Below are positions 36,114-45,173 of a DNA stretch of 64,000 nucleotides, piece by piece; the first letter of the stretch is position 1, and each line of letters starts with the position of its first letter. The position numbers were made by a program, and so were the translations under genes. The stretch is from a virus (lineage: Duplodnaviria > Caudoviricetes): IMG/VR virus record IMGVR_UViG_3300021376_000006; one strand, written 5' to 3'. The notes below the pieces were generated by a model, which saw only the letters and a list, made by a program, of their open reading frames with translations, made no database searches and was not told where the DNA came from.

Positions 36114-37615
36114 TGTATTACTCCTGCCAGTTTGCTTAACCTGTCTTGATATTTGTCCATCATAATCTTCATCTGATCGTCGCCCTTCCAGAAAGTATAT
36201 CCCAGAGCAACTGCATGTTCTTGAGCTCGTATACGACGCATTATACGCTCTTTATAAGTCAATGTGGGATTGTCTTCACATAACCATTCGGTGCCTTGTG
36301 GACGTTGGTTGTTTACACCTATTATTTTAAATCTTTCAGGATTGTTGTAGAGTTCAGTCCCTTCTTCTATTGTGAGAGTGGTACCCAAGTTCACTCCTAT
36401 AATTGTACCATCAGCTACATAACGCTGATATCTTGTTAGCATGTCTAGAGTGGCAATAAAATCTTCTTCTCTTTCTGTAGGAAACCCTACGATAATTAGA
36501 AAATACACATGCATATTAAACTTGCTGTAATATTCCATGTTGTAATCTAACTCGTAGTTAGTAAAACCCTTTCGCATATGAGCACGTACACGATCGCTTC
36601 CAGTTTCAACTCCGATTACCATAGTGTCTGCGCCAGCTCGACTCATGTATTCAAAATCTTCCGGACGAAAAGCTTTTTGTCCGTGAACAATAGCATGACT
36701 ACTATAGCTAAAATACCGATCGGGTAACCCGTGCAGTTGGTAATAGTCCACTAGCAACTCATTGAATTGTCTCAAATCCCTGACACTACCGTTGCACAAA
36801 GCATCGTGGAAAAAATAATCACGCACGCCATAAGATTCATAATAATGAATCATTTCCTTGGCCAATTGTGATCCGGTTTTGAATCTGAAGCCCCCCTGCA
36901 TGGTAGGAATGTCGCAAAACGTACAATTGCGTACACACCCTCTACTGGTTTCCATGGGAAGCACACCAGACCGGTACCCACTTTGATATTCGGTGATTTT
37001 AAAATCACCGAAGTCCATGGGTCGGTGTTTTTTTACATCGCTGCGTTCGGCAAAGAAATCTGTATCGATACCGGCAACCAAATAGTTGCCTTTGATAATT
37101 TCCGGTATGGTTGTTTCAGCTTCGCCACGTATCCAATGGTCGATTAACCGTTCTTTTTTTAAATAATGAGCAAATTCCGGACGTTCGCTAAAACTGCCAT
37201 TTTCTTCTCTAATCAGACCTTGGCCGCCCACAATTACTTCTATAGTACTATGGCATCTAAATCTTCGTAAGAATAATTCTGTAAATCTTTGTGCCTGCCA
37301 ACTAAAAACACTAATTAACAATTTTTCAGGTGATATTGACAGTATTTCACCAATCCACTCATTAATGAACTTAAACAAGTTTTTTTCTGCTTCAATTGAT
37401 AGAATCCTGTTCTTTACAAATAGATATTCGTCAATTTCATTGAACAGTGCGGGTTTAATTGAATTTTTAAATTGTGTAAAATAATCTATATTGATATCTA
37501 AAATTTTGCTACACAAATTGTGTTGGTTAAAAATTTGCTTGATGATTGCAGGTGCTGCTGCTGGGCGCACCGGTGCTACTCTTGGTATACTTAGGATAAC
37601 TGCGTAAGTATTCAT
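36110..37615 (-). CDS. B12-binding-type radical SAM enzyme
   Basis: ETSRGCVRNCTFC; N-terminal flavodoxin-like region ending VIVGGQG..WIRGEAE; IGVETGSDRV and IIVGFPTE. Confidence 0.85.
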   Translation of the reverse strand: MNTYAVILSIPRVAPVRPAAAPAIIKQIFNQHNLCSKILDINIDYFTQFKNSIKPALFNEIDEYLFVKNRILSIEAEKNLFKFINEWIGEILSISPEKLLISVFSWQAQRFTELFLRRFRCHSTIEVIVGGQGLIREENGSFSERPEFAHYLKKERLIDHWIRGEAETTIPEIIKGNYLVAGIDTDFFAERSDVKKHRPMDFGDFKITEYQSGYRSGVLPMETSRGCVRNCTFCDIPTMQGGFRFKTGSQLAKEMIHYYESYGVRDYFFHDALCNGSVRDLRQFNELLVDYYQLHGLPDRYFSYSSHAIVHGQKAFRPEDFEYMSRAGADTMVIGVETGSDRVRAHMRKGFTNYELDYNMEYYSKFNMHVYFLIIVGFPTEREEDFIATLDMLTRYQRYVADGTIIGVNLGTTLTIEEGTELYNNPERFKIIGVNNQRPQGTEWLCEDNPTLTYKERIMRRIRAQEHAVALGYTFWKGDDQMKIMMDKYQDRLSKLAGVIH

Positions 37616-37917
37616 GGAATTGATTTTGTAGTCAAAAGATCATCGGTACAATTTGTGCATCTTTCAAGTCTACAAGTTGTAGGTTGATCTAACAATTTAA
37701 AATCCTCAAATAGAACACCTAAAAAATCATTTTCGCATTGGGCACCGTAAACATTAAGTTTGCTGTCAATCAAGATATAATCTAATCCAGCGTTACATTT
37801 CCAGCCTTGCCAATAATCAAGCTGTTCACTATGTAATCTATTAGAATACATTAAATATTCGTTGCCTTTTTCGTCGCGAACAACTACATTATAATTATAA
37901 TCAATTAATTGCTGCAT
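37612..37917 (-). CDS. Stand-alone SPASM/twitch-like Cys-rich protein
   Basis: WKCNAG..IDS..NVYGAQC.N..LG...C...CTNCTDDL; ATG at 37917. Confidence 0.65.
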   Translation of the reverse strand: MQQLIDYNYNVVVRDEKGNEYLMYSNRLHSEQLDYWQGWKCNAGLDYILIDSKLNVYGAQCENDFLGVLFEDFKLLDQPTTCRLERCTNCTDDLLTTKSIP

Positions 37918-38560
37918 AGTTGTCAAAATCAAAAAGATTCAAATTATTGTTTGTTTTTGCCTTATCTCTTATACGTAAAGTCCAATCAATTTCTGAAATT
38001 GAAAAATTTATATTGTGTTGATTTAAAAATTTTTTGTAAATTTCAATGCGATCTTTATGCCAAGGTTCATTCATTATGTTAACATGCACTGTTTTATTAA
38101 GTCCTGTAATGGCATTTTTAGCACACAACACATTATTAAAAAATTTGTTTTCATTTAAAAATTCGCTATGTGTAGAAAAACTTATCCAATCTAAATATTC
38201 TAATAGATCCAAATATAATTTTTGGTTAGCAGTGCCATTAGTAACTATTCCTATCAATGCCAACTTATCTCTATATGAGGTTACAAGCCACTGTATAAAA
38301 GGCAACAGGTCTTGATTTATGGTTACTTCACCTCCGGTTAAACTTATTTTATATTTTAAGTTTCTGTGCTTGGTTTTATCATAAATTTCAAACCAACATT
38401 GTTTTAACTCATTCAAAGTCTTAGTTTCTGAGGTCAAACTGTGCCACTTTTCAGGACAATACATACAATCAAAATTGCATCTATCATGCAGGTGCCATGC
38501 CACTATAATATTACGATCTACAGGTGACACACTTACTATAGGTATTGATTTGTAGCTCAT
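37901..38560 (-). CDS. Radical SAM core domain protein
   Basis: DRCNFDCMYC, SLTGGEVT, VTNGT and FSTHSE motifs. Confidence 0.88.
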   Translation of the reverse strand: MSYKSIPIVSVSPVDRNIIVAWHLHDRCNFDCMYCPEKWHSLTSETKTLNELKQCWFEIYDKTKHRNLKYKISLTGGEVTINQDLLPFIQWLVTSYRDKLALIGIVTNGTANQKLYLDLLEYLDWISFSTHSEFLNENKFFNNVLCAKNAITGLNKTVHVNIMNEPWHKDRIEIYKKFLNQHNINFSISEIDWTLRIRDKAKTNNNLNLFDFDNYAAIN

Positions 38561-40326
38561 TTAATATCAACGTCTGTATTATAACTAGTAAATCCGTTTT
38601 CTTTGATTACACTTAATACGTTGTTAACACGACCTGCTAGCTCATCTTTGTGACTAACTAACCATACACTACGATTACCTTCTCTGCTCATTTTTTTAAG
38701 TATGGCCAGGCTGTTTTCAACACCTGAACTATCCATACCAGTATCAATCACTTCGTCAATGAACAACAAGTTAATTGGTTGGTACAAACTTTCCCATACA
38801 TCACGGAAAGCCCAACTTAGACTTAGAATCAATCTATTACGTTCGCCGCGACTTAGGTTATCAAAATCTAATTCTCTGCCTAGCTCTTCAATACTTACAG
38901 TAAGATCATTTTGAAATTTAACAGTATGCGGCAGTCCAATACGATCCAAGTACTGACTTAATCTAGAATTTAAGTAAGATAAGTTTTGATCAATAATACG
39001 TTTACGTATAAAACTGTCTTTGTTAGTTAGTAATTTAAGCAAAAATTCTTGATGTTCTCGAACATTAGCAAGTTCATTGATTGAATCGTAACTAACTTCC
39101 TCTACAGCCTTTGTTTCCATTTCACGAATTTGTTCCGCATACGGATCTTGGTCACTTTTCTTTGTAGCAAGTTGTTGCTGTAAGTTTGCTACGGTATTGC
39201 GGTGATTAATAGCATCTTCCTTGCGATCGTAAAACACCGTAGGAATAGGACCTAAATTACCTATCAATGCAAGTGCATCTACATGAGACATCAGCTGTTC
39301 ATCGTTGGCCAAATACTGTAGTGAAGTTTCTTTTAGTGTGTTTCTTTTTTCTTCTAATACCTGTTCGTGCCGAGTATCATGTAATGCTTGTCCACAGGCA
39401 TAGCACTCGTGCTTTTCTAAAGTTTCTATTTCTCTTTTAAGTTTATCTAAGGACTTTAATATTCTGACTTGATCAGTTTCACAGGCTACTTTCCACCGAT
39501 TAATTTCTGCGGCTTTTTTAGTTTTTTCATTGTAATCATCAAGTAAATCATGATTTAATAGTTCTTGATCAATATCTAAATCTCCTACAACACTTAACGC
39601 TTGCTCTAGTTCCGCAATTTCATTTAGACGTTTAGTATTCCATAATGTTTGTCTACGACGTGTGGCTTCAATTTGTTCTTGGATACGAGCATTGGCATCG
39701 GCCACAGCTTTAATTCTGTATTCTTCTTGAGTAATTGTATCTCGGGTGGCCTTTAATTGTTCCTTAAGAGCGTCGGCCTTTTCACTTAGCATGGTAATGC
39801 CCAGCAACTGTTCAATGATAGCACGTTGGTCATTGGCCTTTAACGCCAGGAACGGTTCAGTATAAGTGTTCAGTGCAACGATATGCTTGAACATGTCGTG
39901 ACTCATACCTAACATGCGCTCAATTTCTGCTTGTGTTTCTCTGCTATCGCCCTGACTTTCGTCTGAGATTTGTTGTTCCTGCCCGCCCACGTAGAATGCC
40001 ATAGTGTTGGGCTTACGACCTCGCTCAATTCTGTAGTCAACTCCGTCTTTTTCAAATTCAATAGTGACCAACATGTTCTTACCATTTGTTTTGTTGATAA
40101 GATTGTCTTTTTTGATATTGGTCAATGCACTACCATACAACGCATAACTCAGTGCATTGATAATGGTTGTTTTTCCTGTACCATTACGTGCGCCTGTATC
40201 GTCGCCACCGAGGTCCAAGTTCTGACCTAGTACAAGAGTGAGATCCCGACGATCAAACTGAACAGCCTGGGTAGCATTACCCACGCTCAGGAAATTCTTT
40301 ACGGCTAGAGTTCGTATTTTAAACAT
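38557..40326 (-). CDS. gp46: Recombination endonuclease ATPase subunit (Rad50/SbcC-like)
   Basis: NFLSVGN, NGTGKTT Walker A, CYAC zinc hook, LSRGE signature, LLFIDE Walker B. Confidence 0.95.
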   Translation of the reverse strand: MFKIRTLAVKNFLSVGNATQAVQFDRRDLTLVLGQNLDLGGDDTGARNGTGKTTIINALSYALYGSALTNIKKDNLINKTNGKNMLVTIEFEKDGVDYRIERGRKPNTMAFYVGGQEQQISDESQGDSRETQAEIERMLGMSHDMFKHIVALNTYTEPFLALKANDQRAIIEQLLGITMLSEKADALKEQLKATRDTITQEEYRIKAVADANARIQEQIEATRRRQTLWNTKRLNEIAELEQALSVVGDLDIDQELLNHDLLDDYNEKTKKAAEINRWKVACETDQVRILKSLDKLKREIETLEKHECYACGQALHDTRHEQVLEEKRNTLKETSLQYLANDEQLMSHVDALALIGNLGPIPTVFYDRKEDAINHRNTVANLQQQLATKKSDQDPYAEQIREMETKAVEEVSYDSINELANVREHQEFLLKLLTNKDSFIRKRIIDQNLSYLNSRLSQYLDRIGLPHTVKFQNDLTVSIEELGRELDFDNLSRGERNRLILSLSWAFRDVWESLYQPINLLFIDEVIDTGMDSSGVENSLAILKKMSREGNRSVWLVSHKDELAGRVNNVLSVIKENGFTSYNTDVDIK

Positions 40327-41033
40327 TGTATGTGTTGGTATAATAAGTCTGATAAATGATTATGTCCATCTTCAAGAATATGTCCGTGAGGACCAATTGG
40401 AAATTTTTGACTTAAATCATTAATAGTAAAATTATTCCATTTGTAAAATTTTTCTGTATCAATACATTTGATATAATATTGTATTTCGTTGTATTCTGCA
40501 AAAATTTGCTCATCATTCATGAGATCAAAATTTATTAAATCTTTAACAGAAGATATAAATTTATGTTTAGGAGCAAGCCATTTGCTTAGATCATTTGGAA
40601 AGGTGTTAATCATTAAATAATTTTTTTTAAATTTTTCAAAGCAGCTTTGTAATTGAATAATTTGCTGCAACCAAAGTTTGAATGAAAATAATTCATTGTG
40701 CCAATGCTTGTATAAAGTTTTGCCCCAATTGGTATAAAAAGCATTATCGCAATAAAGTTGATTCTTCAACAATGGGTTAAAATTTATTTCATAATTATTG
40801 TCTGATTTATAAAATGTATATCGACTAGTGGCAGTCCACGCAATAATGTATAAATTACAATTTTTATTAAAGTTTTTTAAACTTTGATATACAGTTCTAT
40901 AATTTGTACCACCACTAACAGCATCATTAATCACTGTTGTGTTAAGCTTTTTAGCTAAAAGATAAGGCCAGGAATTATTTGTATCACTTAATTCGTAGCC
41001 AAAAGTAAAACTACAACCATTGGTATAAATCAT
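40305..41033 (-). CDS. SGNH/GDSL-like hydrolase family protein (paralogue 2)
   Basis: MIYTNGCSFTFG, NDAVSGGTN and GPHGHILEDGH motifs; AT-rich. Confidence 0.6.
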   Translation of the reverse strand: MIYTNGCSFTFGYELSDTNNSWPYLLAKKLNTTVINDAVSGGTNYRTVYQSLKNFNKNCNLYIIAWTATSRYTFYKSDNNYEINFNPLLKNQLYCDNAFYTNWGKTLYKHWHNELFSFKLWLQQIIQLQSCFEKFKKNYLMINTFPNDLSKWLAPKHKFISSVKDLINFDLMNDEQIFAEYNEIQYYIKCIDTEKFYKWNNFTINDLSQKFPIGPHGHILEDGHNHLSDLLYQHIQCLKYEL

Positions 41034-42049
41034 AAATTTTTATAAATGTCAAGCAATAGTGTTTTATTGTACTGCTCGCTTTGGATATTAGTAAGTTGGT
41101 TAGTTACAATTGTATCTACACTTTCAAACATTATATTACCAGTAATATCGTAATTGATATCCTCACTGATTGCTTTTTGAGGAATAAGGGTAATTTCTCT
41201 GAGATTGTAAGTATTTACAAAAGTTTCTTTGATAAATGTAGCTTCTTCATAACTAATGTCAACATCAAGATTCACACGAACATGCATGCCTTTGTGTAGT
41301 AGCCGATCAGTGTTGGTCAATACATTGCTGAGTTGATACACACGATATCTAGGTTGGTCAGGCCAGGAATGATACTCTGGCTCTGCACCCCACTCTAAGA
41401 TCATCATACCGCGTTCGTCGTCGTGATTGTCTGCGTAATTGTGCGGAAAGCAGTTGCCAATGTAGGTGATGTTTCGTTGCGTCTGTCGTTTATGAAAATG
41501 TCCAGTAAATACTCGTTCAATACCAGTAAAGTCTTCTCGTCGGACATCTCCATGGTCCGGCATCTGCACCATTGCGTTCATGTAGAATGTAGGCAGTTCA
41601 AAATGCCCAAACATGTATTTTGCACTTAGCTTAGGTATACGTTTGTAATCATCCCCAACTAGCCAAGGGGCCACAATAACATCACCGTCGTGTAGCCAAT
41701 CATTACAAATGACAACATTCGGTAGATGTCGAGCCCACTCAACACTTTGGACATCCCTCTTGTCCCTATAATATAAGTCATGATTGCCAGGAATGAAGTA
41801 CACACGATCGAAGTTATCGTTGAGATGTTCCAGAGCACGGAGACTATAGTTAAGAGTGACAATATTGATACTAGCACGATTGTTATGCCAATCTCCAAGA
41901 AAAAACGCTGTTTCACATCCTTCCTCCCGTGCTTTAGCTGTAAACCATTTGATAAAATTCAAGCAATCGTCGTTGTGAGTTTGACTGTTGCTCTTTAAAC
42001 CAAAATGTATATCTGTACAGACTGCTGCTCGTTTAAATAAGTTAGACAT
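41030..42049 (-). CDS. gp47: Recombination endonuclease nuclease subunit (Mre11/SbcD-like)
   Basis: TDIHFG, FLGDWH, PGNHD, FGHFE and FTGHFH metallophosphoesterase motifs. Confidence 0.95.
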   Translation of the reverse strand: MSNLFKRAAVCTDIHFGLKSNSQTHNDDCLNFIKWFTAKAREEGCETAFFLGDWHNNRASINIVTLNYSLRALEHLNDNFDRVYFIPGNHDLYYRDKRDVQSVEWARHLPNVVICNDWLHDGDVIVAPWLVGDDYKRIPKLSAKYMFGHFELPTFYMNAMVQMPDHGDVRREDFTGIERVFTGHFHKRQTQRNITYIGNCFPHNYADNHDDERGMMILEWGAEPEYHSWPDQPRYRVYQLSNVLTNTDRLLHKGMHVRVNLDVDISYEEATFIKETFVNTYNLREITLIPQKAISEDINYDITGNIMFESVDTIVTNQLTNIQSEQYNKTLLLDIYKNL

Positions 42050-42929
42050 CTAGTAATTGTACACGATTTAACAAAGTGTTTGCAAGATTTTTATGACTCA
42101 AAGGACCAAAATGAAGATTGTCGGATCCCCGATCAACAGCAAAGTTAGTCGCACAATAAAACTCCGGATATTTTGAATACCTGTAATTAAATTCCATATC
42201 CCTACTATCAACACAAAGAACTATAAATTTAACTCCAATGCTTCTTAGATATTGAACACCAATATTAACATAGCTTAGTTGTAAAAAGAAACATTGCTCA
42301 TTTGTATATGTTTCAATTAATGTTCGATTGTTACAATTAGCGAGAACAATTTCTTGAACATGCTTGCCGTTAAAAAAACTTAACCTATACGGAGAAGTAA
42401 TTTGCCATACAACAATATCATCTTTTTTTAAATTAGAATTAATTAATTGACGTAAACTCCAGTGAGTAGAACTACCTGGTTTTGTAATTAATTTTAACGG
42501 AAGATTTAAACCTTCAGCTAAATGGTTTCCATAAGGTTTGGAATTATGGTTTAACCCGGTACCGTGGCTGTGACTACAGCCATACACCCACAGGGTACTT
42601 TTGCTATAACTTGAATTGATATCAGAATGTTCAGCAAAGGACAACACCTCGTCTCCAAGAAAATTGTTAACGTGCATAGTGTTTACATAAGACAAAAAAT
42701 TTAAAGTGTCTATAGTTATTTCTTCGTCTTTGATAAAATTATTGTCTATGTATTCTATACTATCAAAATAATGAACTATAGATAACAATTCATGGATTGT
42801 TAGATCCGCCAGCGTCGTATGATATTCTGTTGAGGTTAGTTTAGTATTAATATTATCAAGCAATATAGAGTTTTTGTTGACTGAATTAAAATTAAAAGTT
42901 GGGTGAGTGATGTAAAGTTTAGTCATCAT
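42042..42929 (-). CDS. SGNH/GDSL-like hydrolase family protein (paralogue 3)
   Basis: LWVYGCSHSHGTG, KPGSS and GSDNLHFGPLSH motifs; start MMTKLY at 42929 overlaps the gp55 stop. Confidence 0.6.
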   Translation of the reverse strand: MMTKLYITHPTFNFNSVNKNSILLDNINTKLTSTEYHTTLADLTIHELLSIVHYFDSIEYIDNNFIKDEEITIDTLNFLSYVNTMHVNNFLGDEVLSFAEHSDINSSYSKSTLWVYGCSHSHGTGLNHNSKPYGNHLAEGLNLPLKLITKPGSSTHWSLRQLINSNLKKDDIVVWQITSPYRLSFFNGKHVQEIVLANCNNRTLIETYTNEQCFFLQLSYVNIGVQYLRSIGVKFIVLCVDSRDMEFNYRYSKYPEFYCATNFAVDRGSDNLHFGPLSHKNLANTLLNRVQLLDV

Positions 42930-43803
42930 TGTAATCGCCAGATGTTTGCCCGCCACCCCATGATCCCATACCCTGTCTGGTATAACTTGGAGTAAGTCCA
43001 TTCATTTCAAGAATATCATCTCGTAAATTTTGATTGCGTTTTTCAATGTTGAGGACTCTAGTAAAACTATTAGTGATAGCGGCAGTATAATAGGCAAAAG
43101 GATTTTGTGACTTGCTCTCATCAAATTGTAGTCCTATCTGTGATAATTGTAGTAGTGCTTGCGAACGCATTTCATCATTGTATGTATAACCGCGCCAGTT
43201 TGAACGGGTAGCGTAACGCTCGCATAATTTCATAAACATGTGTGCTAACTTTGGAGTCATTGTTCCGTGATCTTTAGAAAAATGTCCTCGCTCTAGATTG
43301 CCCTTCCAATGGCTTTTGCCTACGCAATAAGGTACACCCGATTCATCAATTTTGTAGTGTTGAAACGGTGGAAAATTTACTTTGGTATATTTGGTTGCAC
43401 TGGGTACGTCCAAACTGTCATCATATTCGGTTACAGGATCTTCGTCATCTACTACAATTGCAATTTTTGATTTTTTGGATTTAGTGGTGTCAATGGGCAC
43501 ATGTTCCCAAGTCATAACACGGAACACTATGTCAGTAGTAACAACTTTGTTGGGTTTTACGGCAAAGTCGTCTAGTTTTAATTTAGTAGCACTTGCGGCT
43601 TGAGCAGCATCGTAAGCAGCTCGTCCTAGTCGCTCAGCCCTTAGTTTTCGACCTTCTGCGATGTTTTTTTTGTTTATTTTGTCAACACTAGGCAAAATTA
43701 TGTCGTAATGCCCATCTTCTGGTGTTAAAAAGCTACAATAAGTCATTTTGCTTTTGTGAATTTCTTTGAGAATATCTCTATTATTCAGATAGTTGTGTTT
43801 CAT
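42919..43803 (-). CDS. gp55: Late-transcription sigma factor with internal insertion
   Basis: NYLNN N-terminus; NWRGYTYNDEM...QFDESKSQNPFAYYTAAITNSF..VLNIEK matches the T4 gp55 core. Confidence 0.85.
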   Translation of the reverse strand: MKHNYLNNRDILKEIHKSKMTYCSFLTPEDGHYDIILPSVDKINKKNIAEGRKLRAERLGRAAYDAAQAASATKLKLDDFAVKPNKVVTTDIVFRVMTWEHVPIDTTKSKKSKIAIVVDDEDPVTEYDDSLDVPSATKYTKVNFPPFQHYKIDESGVPYCVGKSHWKGNLERGHFSKDHGTMTPKLAHMFMKLCERYATRSNWRGYTYNDEMRSQALLQLSQIGLQFDESKSQNPFAYYTAAITNSFTRVLNIEKRNQNLRDDILEMNGLTPSYTRQGMGSWGGGQTSGDYNDD

Positions 43804-43826
43804 TGGATTCCTTAAAATACGCAGTT

Positions 43827-43855
43827 AATTTAGCAAATAAATAATAAAAAAGCAA
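43827..43855. promoter_or_regulatory. Overlapping divergent promoters: sigma70-type (-) for the gp55 operon and late (+) for the baseplate operon
   Basis: TTGCTT (43855-43850), 17-nt spacer, TAAATT (43832-43827); ATAAATA on + at 43837-43843 lies inside that spacer. Confidence 0.55.
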
Positions 43856-43866
43856 GAGGAATTTAT

Positions 43867-44865
43867 ATGGCAGTGGTAAACCAAATACAGTATAAAAAGA
43901 ATGTGGCATATAACCAAGGTGCTAAAGAACAAAACATGACCGTAGAAACTCGAAAACAAATAAATGGCGGTATTTTCAAAAGTTTTCCTGTTCCTGAAAA
44001 AGGCCAAATTACTACCAGTGCCGATCCCAAAGATGCCAGAATGACCACGGCTGGATTTGTCAAATGGGGTGAATCCGAACCAGCCAGCACCAAATTTGGA
44101 AATAGTGACGAAGCCGGTAATGATTGGCGTGTGCGAATCAGCATCCATCCCAACAGTAAAATTTTATATTATGATCCAGCTGCTTTACCTCCTGTGGCCG
44201 GGCTAGTGGCTCCATTAAAATTTACTGATGGTTTCATCTTTCCGTATGTGCCAACAGTAACAGTGTCCCATACTGCAAATTATTCTCAAGTGCCGCTGAC
44301 TCATTCTAATTATACTCAATACTTTTACGAATCAAGTGCTGTTACTGCTATTAGCATCAATGCTGATTTTACAGTTCAAAACATAGAAGAGGCCAAATAT
44401 TTTTTAGCTGGTTTATACTTCTTCCGAGCATTGACCAAAATGTTCTACGGCTCCAGTGGAAATTATCAAGGGAGTCCACCCCCAATAGTGTATCTTGACG
44501 GATACGGACAGCATTATTTACCGCATGTGCCATGTGTAGTAACCAGTTTTAGTCATACTATGCCATCAGACGTGGATTATATAGAAGTCACTACTCCGCA
44601 ATCAGTAAATTCTAAAACAGATTCAAGAAGAACGCCCGGCGGTCCTATGGGATCCATTATATTACCTCAAGTGGCACGCACCAATGCAGGCAGCGAAATC
44701 CAAACACAAGAGATATTATCAGCATTCAATCGTGTGCCAACAGCCAGCACTTTTAGTCTTACATTGCAACCTATTATCAGTAGAACCAAAGCAATGAATT
44801 TTGATTATTCTGAGTTTGCACGTGGTGTCATGATTGGTACTAAAGGTAATGGAGGATATCTATAA
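43867..44865 (+). CDS. Baseplate tail-tube cap/initiator-like protein (gp48/gp54 family)
   Basis: FIFPYVPTVTVSHTANY, FTVQNIEEA and PPPIVYLDGYG..VPCVVTSFS motifs. Confidence 0.6.
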   Translation: MAVVNQIQYKKNVAYNQGAKEQNMTVETRKQINGGIFKSFPVPEKGQITTSADPKDARMTTAGFVKWGESEPASTKFGNSDEAGNDWRVRISIHPNSKILYYDPAALPPVAGLVAPLKFTDGFIFPYVPTVTVSHTANYSQVPLTHSNYTQYFYESSAVTAISINADFTVQNIEEAKYFLAGLYFFRALTKMFYGSSGNYQGSPPPIVYLDGYGQHYLPHVPCVVTSFSHTMPSDVDYIEVTTPQSVNSKTDSRRTPGGPMGSIILPQVARTNAGSEIQTQEILSAFNRVPTASTFSLTLQPIISRTKAMNFDYSEFARGVMIGTKGNGGYL

Positions 44866-45170
44866 TGTCCAAAGTAGCCTACTCGGCATCTAGCCCGTAT
44901 TTTAGAACTGGTTCTTTTGGAATTTTTTTAGACGTAATGACCAACAGGCCAGTCAGCAAATTGACAGATGATGTATTATACGAAATAGACAGTGTATACG
45001 AATATAGACCCGACTTGTTAGCATCAGACCTTTACGGTGATTGTGGTTTATGGTGGGTATTTGCACAACGTAATCCCAATGTTCTAATAGATCCACTCAT
45101 GGACTTTGTGGCCGGCGCTAGAATTTATATTCCCAAAATACAAACTCTCAAACAAGATCTTGGAGTGTAA
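44865..45170 (+). CDS. gp53: Baseplate wedge protein, LysM-like
   Basis: YEYRPDLLASDLYGDCGLWWVFAQRN motif. Confidence 0.75.
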   Translation: MSKVAYSASSPYFRTGSFGIFLDVMTNRPVSKLTDDVLYEIDSVYEYRPDLLASDLYGDCGLWWVFAQRNPNVLIDPLMDFVAGARIYIPKIQTLKQDLGV

Positions 45171-45173
45171 TCA

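Noticed and set aside
33909-38560. 7-deazaguanine/queuosine DNA-modification pathway
   Set aside because: No recognisable QueC, QueD, FolE or DpdA in the window; radical SAM motifs alone do not establish QueE.
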